Shown here: positions 12,801 to 24,281 of the stretch, piece after piece | How positions within the stretch are numbered: position 1 is the stretch's first letter | Layout: the number at the start of each line of letters is the position of its first letter | NCBI RefSeq assembly: GCF_964204645.1 | Contig: NC_134031.1 | Coordinates: 1,612,001 to 1,676,000, forward strand | Reading direction: 5' to 3' | Length of the DNA: 64,000 nucleotides | Source: Tubulanus polymorphus | Taxonomy: Eukaryota; Animalia; Nemertea | Notes under the pieces: model-generated | The model's input: only the letters and a program-made list of their open reading frames with translations | What the model was told of the DNA's origin: nothing | The model's database searches: none | Translations under genes and position numbers: made by a program

Positions 12801-14107
12801 TCTGATTTCAGAAAATATGGAAAAGTGAAATGGTTTTCACTTTATTGAGTATATAGACTAGTGGGTACTACTACTTAATTTTCCTAATTTACGGGTGCTT
12901 TATGTTCCACTAAACCTGTGCTATTCCATCAAAGAATACATGTTTTATTCATTATCCGCTGTGGATAACGTGGATACCTCCACGCCTCGAACACGATTGA
13001 ACGCGGTGGCGTAACCTCGTTAGAAGTTCTGTTGTCATGGTGACGGTTTAACTAACTTTAAATCTGACGAATATTTATATAGTTGTACTAACCCAAAGTT
13101 ACTGTGTCATATATTCTACCTGCGACTAGAATCCTTGCCTAATCATCTAAAAAAACAAACTATTTCATTGTGGTTTTGGTTTGCGCTAAAAGCCAGCAAA
13201 AATTTTACCCTTACGTTGAAAAGTGAACTCCTGGTCTCAGACGTTGAATTCATGTAAAGACTCCTCAAATCTGAAGTCAATAACAGGCATTTTTGGATAT
13301 GGTTTACCCGGTATAAACCCGGTTCTCAGGTATAAACTAAATATGGTTCTTCGCTGGGAAGGGAATGCTGCCACTGTTCATTTACGATAAAATACCACAA
13401 TATAAAAGAAAAACTCATCTGAAATGTATCCTTGAGCTGCAATATATTATTTTGACATTTCACCTATATCCTAATAGTCATCTTCAGGGTCCAGTTCTAC
13501 AGTTCCGAGTTGAGATTTAGCTCTTGAGTTTACTCATTGAAAATGAACAAACTTTAACTCAGAGTTAACCCTAACTCACAACTGCGGAAAGTACTAAGAT
13601 TAACTTAATCATGAAATATTATACATACAGTCTCGAACAAGGGACCAGTTGCATAGTCATTACTTAGACTTAAGACCAGTCCAAGACCATTTTAGTTCTA
13701 TAACAAATCTAATAACTTAAGACCAGTCTCAAGATTTAAGTCTACTTTTAGACTTAAGTCTTGACTATGGAACTGGCCCAAGGGGACTAAGTTCAGAAGC
13801 TCAAAGATACCTTTTGGACTTGTTTCATTGCGGGATTTTATCATACCGGTATTCGTTACAACGTGGAGTGTTTCATCACGGTTATAACGCCTGTTACAGT
13901 TCATATGTTATACTCATCTGTATCTACAATCGATTTGATTTCTCGTTTCAGAAACTGTGGACGAACGAACCAATTTTCGACATATGTCCGATATCGAACA
14001 TGCCTCGAGCTCCGTCTTATATGCGACATCGATGGTCGAGTTTTTCGTCGTCGTTGGATAATTTATCATCGGAAGAACAAGTCGTTTACAGAAAAACAAG
14101 CGAGTGA
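6882..14107 (+). CDS. 3' portion of a TBC-domain Rab-GAP (TBC1D2-like) with a C-terminal WD40-like beta-propeller; 5' exons not found in the window
   Basis: Exons 6882-7061 (TLLRVWDCFLLEGPKVLFRFALAIL, end of TBC domain), 7342-7479, 7656-7722, 7807-7898, then about 7978-8075, 8155-8272, 8569-8701, 9099-9291, 9858-10085, 10769-11847, 12199-12286 and 13952-14107. Propeller motifs: VFAALGDG, GKLWCASG, RITAILPYQNLLWVGT. A candidate AATAAA lies at about 16845. Confidence 0.85.
7146..7275. mobile_element. MITE with GGGTCCAGTTTCAC-type terminal inverted repeats
   Basis: GGGTCCAGTTTCACGAAAAAGT ... ACTTTTTTGTGAAACTGAGCC; similar termini recur elsewhere in the window. Confidence 0.5.
7495..7636 (+). 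repeat. Intronic 33-bp minisatellite, about 4 copies
   Basis: Unit AAAAATTCTGAGATGTTTCTGAGGGTTTGAGTC is directly repeated. Confidence 0.9.
8381..8406 (+). repeat. Short interstitial (TTAGGG)n tract, about 4 units
   Basis: GGGTTAGGGTTAGGGTTAGGGTTAGG in a TBC intron. Confidence 0.8.
8825..8964. mobile_element. About 140-bp palindromic MITE family copy
   Basis: CCAGTTGCACAGT...ACTATGCAACCGG termini with internal GGTCTTAAG repeats; an inverted copy lies at 13641-13779 and a partial copy at about 41475-41591. Confidence 0.65.
13641..13779. mobile_element. MITE, same family as 8825-8964 in opposite orientation
   Basis: GGGACCAGTTGCATAGTC ... GACTATGGAACTGGCCC terminal inverted repeats. Confidence 0.7.
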
Positions 14108-17100
14108 ACTTCTGTAGATACGTATGGCTAGCATTGATTTGAACAAATTACAGTTCCACAGTTCTACAATTTTCAGTTCAAATTTGACTCTAGGCAAAGT
14201 TCGTACTAGCCCTTAAAATCATGGAAAAGTTAAAGCGATGAGTGGCTTGGTAAAGTTATTTGTTGAAATTTTGGTTTGAATGAATTTTTCTTGCGGTTTT
14301 AGAACTGTAGGTCTAGTAGTGCACGTATTTAGTTTCATAAATTTCATCACTTATGCCTTAGTGAATATAAGCTCATGCCTAATTTAGTAGCAATGGAAAT
14401 TTGGATATTTCGCCACCGTTGCAAAAGGTATTGAAAATCGAAAACTGCAAATGGTTCGAACTCTGTCGAGGGTCAAACATTTGGAAATGAATTGATCCTT
14501 ACTATTGAGTCAAGCGCTGAACTTGTATCTATGGAACTGGAATCAGGTTTATAGAATTATAAGTTCATTGTCATCATTAAGAACTGGCAGCAAATTTGAG
14601 GGATTTCTGAAAAAGATTGGTCGAGGAAACAAATGTAAATTGTACGACTTATTAATATATGTATTTATGCCTGGAAATTGTGAATCTCAATTTCCAGTTA
14701 CACAGTTAAATGATTGTATAGTTAATTGAAGAGAAATGATTCTGCATCCGTTCTAGAAACTCTTGAACTACTGCTGGTTCCATTCAACTCCACGGTGTAT
14801 CGAAACTGTGGTGTTACAAACTTTTCTCAGAGAAATAATTTGCTTTTGTGTAATTAGGCAACACCACTGTAAAATTTGTATGATTACGCTAAGGTTTAAG
14901 GGTACAAATAATATGTAAATAACAGGATAAGCATTTTAAGTCACCATAGTTAGTAGCTAGTCTAGTACAAAGATATGCTAAGGTCAGATTGTGATATGAC
15001 TTGTGCGCGCATGGGCAACAGCCTTGAAGATTCTAATGAGAACATCCCTACTGTGCGGAGGGGGCCTAAGAGAAATGGTCCAATCTACATGGTTACATAT
15101 ACTAGAGGCATTTCATTTTCTGTCTGTTGTGAGCAGCAGCCTGCTGGACAGTCCTGACAATCTGTTACTACTTGCTCAGAGTTGAGTTCAAGTGTTTACA
15201 AGCTGACCGAAGCATATTAGTACAAACAGAAATCGATGGTGTCTGGGACCAAATCAATCAATACTTCATACAGAATGAGATTATAGAAACGTGTGAAATA
15301 ACAGTAGCTTTCAAACTGGACTCGGGTTTAGAAGTTTAGAAAAATAAACAATGAATTGACATAAAAATGCCACACCTTAATCATGGTATGTGTACTTGTA
15401 TATTAATGTTTGTCAATTGATATAAGAAACTATTGATGAGATGTGAATGATAGAAGCTGGATTCAACTGTTCCCGAATTGCAGTTCTTTAGAACTTCTTA
15501 TTTTGAATAAAGTTTAGATAAAGGTTAGATGGGCTCCATTTGAGGGGATACTGTACTCCTTGCGATTGTTCAGTTGTTGCTGCTATTTGCGACTTCTATT
15601 TGCTGAAAATTTACATTTCAAAATTCCTGGTCATTGCTCAAAAACCTGCACAGTGTTTGAAAATACCAGACTTTTTTGTTAAAGTCACATGTACGATAGA
15701 TTGTGATCTTTGGGTTGCAGTGAAATGCTCAATGTGCAGTTTGACCATGCGAACACAGACTCCATACAATACCTAAACCTTCAACAGATAAAAAGAATAT
15801 TTAAGTCATTTATTCATCATTGAAATATATTTCACCCCAGAAATGAAATAGTGCATTATACTTCAGAATTATTGAATTCACTGATTGTAGTTCGATTTGT
15901 TAAGTTTTGAAATTTTATTTACAGAATACGATTCTGTGAAAAGTGATACATTTATAATATGTATATTCTGTGATAGAAGGAATTTTCTTCGGCAAAATAT
16001 ATTTATTTTTGAAAGCATTCCGATGAGGGCTTGTACTTCATACTTACACTTCTTAGTACTTACACATTTACTAAAATGATATCTTCTGCTTCCATAGAAA
16101 TCTCCGTCCCACGATATATAAATCTATAACTCTCTGACTGTACTGCTGCTGCTGCTGAAATGACAAACCAGGCCATTTTCACAAATAATTAGATCCAATT
16201 TTTACAAATGATAAGATGTGTGAAAAAAATACATTTGAGACTTCAGATTTTTCTGCTGGGATATGTGTGCATTTCATTAAAGTCTAGTTTAGCATTTAAA
16301 AGTCATGTGTTCCTTGCCTTCTACGGCTGTTTCATAAACAAGTTCACAACCAAATATTTCGTTTGGTTCTTTTCAAGTGTGAAAATTTACTATCTTAACC
16401 TTCAAACATTTTTTTGTAAAATTTTGTTGTGAGCCCCTTAGTAGTCATTATATCTTTCAATTTATGCATTTGTTGTTTTTTCACTTTTCATTTTTTTCAA
16501 TTCTTTGTATACTTTATATGATATATTCTGGAAACAAATTACGCTATATGAACCACTGAAAATCTTGTTTTCAATCTTATCTGTCAAATTTTGTAAAAAG
16601 TCTTCAGTGCATTTAGATTCATACGATACATGTACTGATGGAGCAATTACTGATTTTTGTGTCTCAAAAAGATACCGATCTCAAATTATGTACAAATCTT
16701 TCTGTTTCTTTTATTCCAAGTTTTCAATGGATATAAGTTTCAACTTTGGATTTTTCAGCTGTCGGTTTTTAGAGTCCTTTAATGACATGAAAACTATCAG
16801 TGAAGTTACTTTCATTTCTCAACTCGAAAATCATGTAATGCTATAATAAATATACTGTAAGTAGTTGTTGAAATAGTTGTTATATAATTATATATTTATG
16901 TAACTGGGGGAATTTGCCAATATAACGGCTAGTCAAAACAATAAAATATTAGTTCAACAGTTAAAATTGATCAGGGTTTTTTTTTTATTTGCCAATAATG
17001 ATGCATGCAGTATTCCACTGGGCCAGTAGCCAGGATTTGTTTAGGGCAGTTCTTAATGGGGAAGCAGTTATCTTCGAGGAAAAACAAGAACCTGTGTAGA

Positions 17101-17918
17101 CCTAACTAATATTTTGAGTAAGGTTTGAAAGTCTATTTTGGCTTAAGTTCGTAGTTAAGGGCAAGAAAATAATAGCCCTACCCCGTGCTGACCCATACCC
17201 AAACAACTAGACTTGATCCTCCAACCTCTAGCATGATGTCCACAGAGTCATAGTGAGTGACACGCATTCTTATAGTCGCCTGTATTATGTTACTATCGCA
17301 TATTTGTCACTAAGGCCAGTGTAAAATGTGTGTTTATTAGCTGTTCATGGTGAGGGGCGCGTCCCGTCTATCCGGAGAGTGTTGTGAATACCATTCTATT
17401 GAGTTATCTAAGTGACAGGTGAACTCGGTTCTATTTACACTGACAGTCAGCGGGGAGTTTGTTTTAACAAGTGCCCCTTGAGTGCATCCGAGGTGTTACT
17501 TTGGTAGTTTTGAAGTGTGTTGAATGAGACCAGTTTCATAACCAATCAGCTGTTGTACCAATTGTCAAATGCTATATTCTCTTAGACTAGCACTACCATA
17601 GTTCCTTATCAGATGCATTGCTGGTTTGCAAGAGCAGTTCTTTAGTGCGTAGAAGGGATTTCATACGAATGAACTCTTGCAATCATATGAGCAAGTGGAT
17701 TTCTATCACAACTCAAACCATTTCCGAGGCCAGTCCTTTCAGGAGAGTCAATACAAAATATAATATTTTCAAGGAAACTTAATCTGAATAAAATTGCAAA
17801 ACAGGAAAGGAAAATCTTTCTTAACAAAACTGGTAGAAATTTATTATTCAACAATAATATAACTAATGACAGATGATAATTATTATTACAACGGTCAATG
17901 AAAATATGATAATAGAAT

Positions 17919-19221
17919 TCACGACTGTATAAATCGAATCCCGGTTTCGCAGATTGTGAATTTTCTCCCACACGTTTTTGAAACGCAGCAAAACGACTGA
18001 TCTTCGGAAGAATGTTCAAATCGAATTCGATCAGTAACGAATCTCGTCCACGCGTCGCACATATAATCCCACTCTACGCCGGTCTGATGTCGCTCTACGC
18101 CGGTCTGCTGTCGATTCGACGTTTCTTTCGTCGCTCGGTTTTGAAAAATTAAAGTTTTCGTCGCGAGCACCGTCAGGTTATACGATTCGACTAATCTCCG
18201 TAAAATATTCACGATTCTGCGCGTGTTAGCTTCCTGTACGGCGCGACAATCGCCGCCGTTCGAGCGATCTAGCCAATAGAACGCTCCGATACTGTCGACA
18301 AAAATACCGGCTATTTCCGGTCGACTGGAGATGAAAGATTCGATCGAAAGCAACGTTATCAATAATTGGCTGCTGTTCGCGCAGCGTAAAATATGTATAT
18401 TTTTCAGTGCGTTTTTAACGAAATTTTCCGTTTCCTCTTCGGAGAATTTTCGGCCGTCGCCGCTCGACGAAACTCGTTCGTTCACGAATGTCTCGATTAA
18501 CGTCGCGAGTTTTAAAATCGAAAATTGATAATCGGTATCGATGAAAACCAGTTCTACGCCGAGTCCGTATAGAGGAACACCGTTCCATTGTTCGGGTAAG
18601 ATTGCGCGCGTTATCAGATGTAAAAGCGTTAATGTTTTCGCGGTGCCCGCGTCTCCGGTCAGTTCGTACACGCAACCGGCCTCCGGACCACTTTCTCCAA
18701 ACAGATCGACGTGTAAACCTTTCAACGTCGATCGAGTCCCGAGCCTTGAAAAAAACTAAAACGAAAGAAGTTGAAATGGAAGAAGAATCGCACATCCAAT
18801 AGACAGAGGAATCACTCCATTGTCATAAACAGTACAGTGACAGCCAGGGCAGATCCAGCCGGTCAATTTGACTATATTCCTAGAAATTACTGCAGCTATG
18901 ATCTGCCAACGGCTACCAAGTATAGGTAGCAAGCATTGTACGTGTGAAGCTCATTAAAAGGGGGTTTGGGGTCCCCCCCCCAGGTCAGGAAACTTTTAAA
19001 AAATAACTTGTTTTCCAGAGAATACAGTACACAGTACAGTGGTCAGTGGAATTGGAATATAGCTTGTTGAATATAGCTTCCGTCCCTGCAGAAGAGAGTG
19101 AAACGGTGAATCCTGTCAAATTTAGAGTGGCTTTTCATTCTTTTTGATTCGTTCGAGGTAAAAACTGATCTGGAATTCGATTAACGTTACAATCAATGAT
19201 TACCTGAATTCCAGATTCCAT
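17919..19221 (-). CDS. XRCC2: DNA repair protein XRCC2 (RAD51 paralogue), 2 exons, 284 aa
   Basis: Exon 1 19221-19204 (MESGIQ|GT) joins exon 2 18755-17919 (FFSRLGTRSTLK...). Motifs: ELTGDAGTAKT (Walker A region), LPEQWNG..LYGLGVELVFIDTDYQF, VDSIGAFYWLDRSNGG. Confidence 0.93.
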
Positions 19222-20160
19222 TCTCGCTAAAATGAGTTTCAAGTTTATAACCTCGCTGTCAAATAATTTGCGGCTCAACGACCTTCAATTTGATTGATTT
19301 AGATTTCTAAACTCAAAAAACTCGATTTATTGAGGGCAGGTTCCTGCCCTGAGAAGCAAGGTGGCCTCTCAGGGCAGGTTCTGGAAAATCTGCAGAATGA
19401 CTCATATCAGATGAGCTTAGATAATCCTGGTTGCACCGCCTGTTTTTGAATAATACATTCAGAAAGCACTACGATATGTTCTTTGTATTCTCATCGGCTA
19501 TCATGTGTTCTAAATCCGCGCCTATCATGTCTTCTAATCGCCTATCATCGGTTCAGTCATAACGATTTCCATTTTAGCGAATCAACCTGTCACCTGAGGT
19601 CCCATCATGTCAGGTCAGGTCTTGGGCCCTGACATGACAGGTTCTGGAAACTCTGCAGACAGACCTAAATTCACTACTGCCGCCGAAACAGGTTAAACTG
19701 CAGCTATGCAGCATGTCCCGTGAGAGGACCTGGGGCCTGTGACGGGACAAGGATGTCCCGTCACAGGTCCCGATGGAAAATGAAAACTTTGCATTTCGTA
19801 GACGAAATGTCGAAAGAAACTGCACTGGAATGGTTACTATATACACTCAAAATAATGTTAAGAACATGTTAATAATCGAAATTTGTTCGTAATTTTATTA
19901 TTTCAGATCAATGATATCATCAAATCGAAACATTAAATGTAATAATGAAGATCGGATCAAGAGAAGACAGAACCACAGCTATCGAAATTTCAATTTTTAG
20001 TGTATAGACTGACTCATACTATCGAAAATAAAGTGAATGTATCTTGACAATTTTGGTGCCAATGGTGTTAGTAACCGTTTGTTAAGCGTTACACTGCAAA
20101 CAAAAGTAAAAGTGGAGGGGGCAACTTAATGGCCCTAGATCACTCTCGAGAGAGAATTCA

Positions 20161-20946
20161 AAGTGAGGGACCCGATTCAACACACTGTCCCGTGAGAAGA
20201 CCCGATTCAACTTACTGTCCCGTGAGAGGACCCGATTTCAAATACTGTCCCGTGAGAGGGCCCGATTTTAAATAATGTCCCGTGAGAGGACCCGATTCAA
20301 CACACTGTCCCGTGAGAGGGTCCGGTTTTAAATACTGTCCCGTGAGATGACCCGAATCAACTTGCTGTCCCGTGAGAGGACCCGGTTCAACACACTGTCC
20401 CGTGAGAGGGCCCGATTTTAAATAATGTCCCGTGAGAGGACCCGATTCAACACACTGTCACGTGAGAGGACCCGATTTTAAATACTGTCCCGTTAGAGGA
20501 CCCGGTTCAACACACTCTCCCGTGAGAGGACCTTATTTTAAATACTGTCCCGCGAAGGAACCCGATTTTAAATACTGTCCCGCGAGAGGGCCCGATTCAA
20601 CACACTGTCCCGTGAGAGGACCCGGTTTCAAATAATGTCCCGCGAGAGGGCCCGTATCAACACACTGTCCCGTGAGAGGACCCGATTTTAAATACTGTCC
20701 CGTGAGAAGACCCGAATCAACTTGCTGTCCCGTGAGAGGGCCCGGTTTCAAATAATGTCCCGTGAGAGGGCCCGATTCAACACACTGTCCCGTGAGAGGA
20801 CCCGATTTCTAATACTGTCCCGTGAGAGGACCCGAATCAACTTGCTGTCCCATGAGAGGACCCGGTTTCAAATAATGTCCCATGAGAGGACCCGATTCAA
20901 CACACTGTCCCGTGAGAGGACCCGATTCAACGCACTGTCCCGTGAG
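20161..20946 (+). repeat. Left subterminal array of 30-bp variant repeats, about 26 units
   Basis: Near-constant TGTCCCGTGAGAGG(A/G)CCC plus a 12-13 bp variable part (GATTCAACACAC, GATTTTAAATAC, GGTTTCAAATAA, GAATCAACTTGC). Confidence 0.95.
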
Positions 20947-21021
20947 CCAAACGTTGTTGAATGAGTATCTTTATGACAAATAGTGAATATTGGTGGAATA
21001 TTTCTCTATTTTGATTTATAG

Positions 21022-23355
21022 GTATCCGGCGAACGACAGGACCAAGACGACGACGTGGGCGATGATATTTCAAACGTGAGCCAAAAGTTGTTGCATGAAA
21101 ACTTCAATGTACAATATGAAAAAATGATCAAATATTGAAAAAAAATATATTTTACTGTATGAAATTACAGGTGTCCGCAGAAGACGGCTGGCTTAGATTG
21201 TATGACGACGTCTTTGACATACAAAATCTCACCGAGGCAGAACAGATTAAAATCAGTATGGAGTTATCACTCAAAGAGTCACATCTCCGTCAGAGTGCAG
21301 AGAAAAGGCTTCAATCTCTAGTTTCCGAATCCAATCTGAATATTGTGTCGGTCGCGGATGACGGAAGCTGCTTTTTTTGCAGCTGTTGTCGAACAATTGA
21401 GGCGAGAAAACGTTGACATAACAGCACATGAGCTACGATTAATGGCTGTTTCATACCTTTCTGAAAATAGGTATTGCGCTGTAAGTAAATTAAAAACCCA
21501 TTGATATATCAAGACAGCACTACAATAAATATTATATACACATATTATGGTTTGCTTCGCTGGATGGGGCTGATAAGGCCGACTTTCTGGAGTCTCATCT
21601 GACATGGCCATTATATCTTAATAAAATGAGACAAAGAACCACCTGGGCCGATGCTTTAGTTGTCCGTGCCACAGCTGACTGTTAAGGGAGACCAATGGTA
21701 CTATATACCAGTTCAGAGCAGTCAAACATCAATATGATAGATCCTGTCGAATGTAAAAATGCTGAACCCATCTTACTAGGGCATATTCAAGATATTCACT
21801 ACGTTGCCCTAGTAAAAAGGAGCTATATCCCAAGACGACGCGTGTCAGTCGAGAGTGTCAGAGGGTAACCTTGCGGCCTAACCCACGGAAGACGGTAAGT
21901 TGATAGTATATGCCACCCCTTCTGACTATTTGGCAAAAATAATACAGCCATCAGAAGCCTTGTTCATGTCAGCTAAGGGTTAATTAATTGAATTTCATAG
22001 CGTCAAAGTGACAGTTACCTCTGAGAACCGCAGAAAAAAAGAAGACGGGTTGTCGATAAAGGAATCTACTGCGTTTGCAAGAAACCAGATGATGGAAGGT
22101 AAAGCTTAATTATATCATATAAGATCAGGCTGTTGTTTTAAGATTCAGTCGTCATTGTCGAAAAAATCTTTTACCTTCACTTTCACTTTCACTTACCTTC
22201 ACTTTCAAAATTTTCTGCATTTGCATTTTAGGAAGTATTTGCAATGCGATGAATGTAGTGGGTGGTTCCATCCGAAATGTATTGGTCTGAACGAAGATAC
22301 TGTGGAGAAAATTGACTATAGATGCGAAACGTGTTTTGCAGGTAAGCGATGAACTAAAAAAATATTTTGATCAAATAAGCTATGCCAATATCCTTGCTAT
22401 GCTATCCTTTTATACAATGTGATTGCATTCTTTTTATATAGGTACCTAAACGATTCATTAAGAGTCAGGTATGGAATCCGATACATAATGCATACGAAAC
22501 TCTTGCCATTTTCCACTAGAAAGCAATGAATCAAATGTTTTTCTTTTCGCAGCTTGGCGCGGTTGAATATCACGTTTCTCGTATAATTAATGCCGAGATA
22601 AAAGACAAGAGGTAAATATTGTACCTTAGTAGAAATCTCGCCAGTTTGTTGAATTTTTCAAACTTTTGTTGATAATATACAATCTTTGGTTTCAGAAGGC
22701 CGGAATTCAGGAGACATTTGGACTTGATTAACAAAGACCATGAAAGAGCCGAAAAAGAACTGAAAGGATATGGCTATGGGCTTTTAACTGATGAGGTAAG
22801 CATTGATAACAGAAAATATGAAATGCGTACAAATAAATGAGCTTTCTTTCGATCATCGTAATATTCAATATTTTAAAGGGCCATGCATATCTCTATAGTG
22901 TAATGAAATCATACGTCAGCCCTACCTTTGCGGACAAATCGTAAGTATATACATGAATCAGACGTGAAGTTTTTTTACTATATTTCGAAATGATAATCAA
23001 TTCATTTCAATTACAGGAAACCATATTCAACTCGCTACATGACCCTCCGACAACATCATTCTAAAATGCTGAATTCAGTTTTTAAAGAAGGAAAGACGTA
23101 AGTTCATTCTCATCTTCTATTGCTAATTTCTTAAAAGAATTTCATCCATGTTATATTCATTGTATTAAAATATTTTTCAGGTCAGCAGTAACGTATGTTA
23201 ATGACGTTTTGCTTAAAGAGGCCATTTGTTTATTGGTGTCAACCTACCGAAATATCACATACAACGAGGCTGATATTCTTGGAAGAAGAACAGAGGCCAA
23301 AAAACTAAAAGATGTACAACGACTAATGTCCAAATACTTCTTGCCAGATTATTGA
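21022..23355 (+). pseudogene. 5'-truncated, disrupted transposon gene: UIM-like motif + OTU cysteine peptidase + NLS + PHD finger + PWWP3A/MUM1-C-like domain
   Basis: Exons about 21022-21075, 21171-21480, 21560-21894, 22001-22098, 22232-22341, 22442-22468, 22553-22611, 22696-22795, 22879-22940, 23017-23097 and 23181-23355. OTU: VADDGSCFF/AAVVEQL..HELRLMAVSYL..WADALVVRATAD..LGHIQDIHY. PHD: YCVCKKPDDGRKYLQCDECSGWFHPKCIG..YRCETC. Lesions: extra T in 21372-21378, lost acceptor near 21559, TAA at 21683-21685, TGA at 22022-22024, extra T near 22335. Confidence 0.85.
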
Positions 23356-24281
23356 AGAGTGAAGCAGTTTTCGATTCTTAAATGGGAGCTGTTGTAGATT
23401 GGTTATCCCGTAATGATTGTATTCTATGGAATAAGTTTTCTTGTTGCGATGAATTTTTGGATTGCTAGAGATGGTCTTTGCTGAATTTTGGTAATGGTTT
23501 TAATAGGAACCAGATTGTGACATGGATGTTTGAATTGTTGAAATGCTGTCCAGTCTTCTAATAGATGTGTGTAGTATATAGCCTATAGAAGTTCTTTGCA
23601 ATGATGTTTCAGAAGTTATGAATGATGGTTGAAAGATTCCAGCCGGGGCCGAGATGGTATTGTAAATTGTTGTTAATTAGTGGATCGTTTTATCTGCCTG
23701 GTTTGTTGTCGATGTCTTATGCTGTGTACTACTTCGTGTTAAATATTATTTTTGTATTGTGTCTTAACAGACAAGGGCGTTTTCTGTCATCCAATATGAA
23801 ATGATAATTTTTGGTTCAAATTATAATACATCTATCCGGAATTGGGAAATATTGCTGAAGAGTAAAAGGGGAAATATGAAAGAATTGATGATAACCTTTT
23901 TTACCGTGTAAAGTAATAATTAATAATTAAATGATAAGTAATAATTTAGTTTGGCGACAAAGATTTAGTAATCTAAAATGCTAAATTGATTTCGAATTCC
24001 AACGTATGTTGTTTATGTTCAAATATGAATAATATAGTCTTCGAATGTAATATGGTTTACAGATTTTGATAAATAAATAACTGAACATAATTTCACATAT
24101 ATACGATTTGTTTTATGTTTTAAGGGGACATAGCCAATTTGGCTTTTAGTACGTACATCCAGCCATCATTGTACGCATATTGTTGAAATAATAATTTCTT
24201 GTTGTAATTTTTATATATGGCAAAAATGCATTATCATTATGAGCATGGGACTCAACATTGACAAAGTGGACAATTTCATTA

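Noticed and set aside
14505-16846. Short ORFs downstream of the TBC stop
   Set aside because: No domain motifs or splice structure; the region fits a long 3' UTR.
17240-17520. Possible ncRNA between TBC and XRCC2
   Set aside because: Only faint SINE-like motifs; no structure or promoter boxes could be supported.
21372-21378. Programmed frameshift at the T7 run in the OTU exon
   Set aside because: Additional in-frame stops, a lost acceptor and another T-run shift indicate decay rather than recoding.
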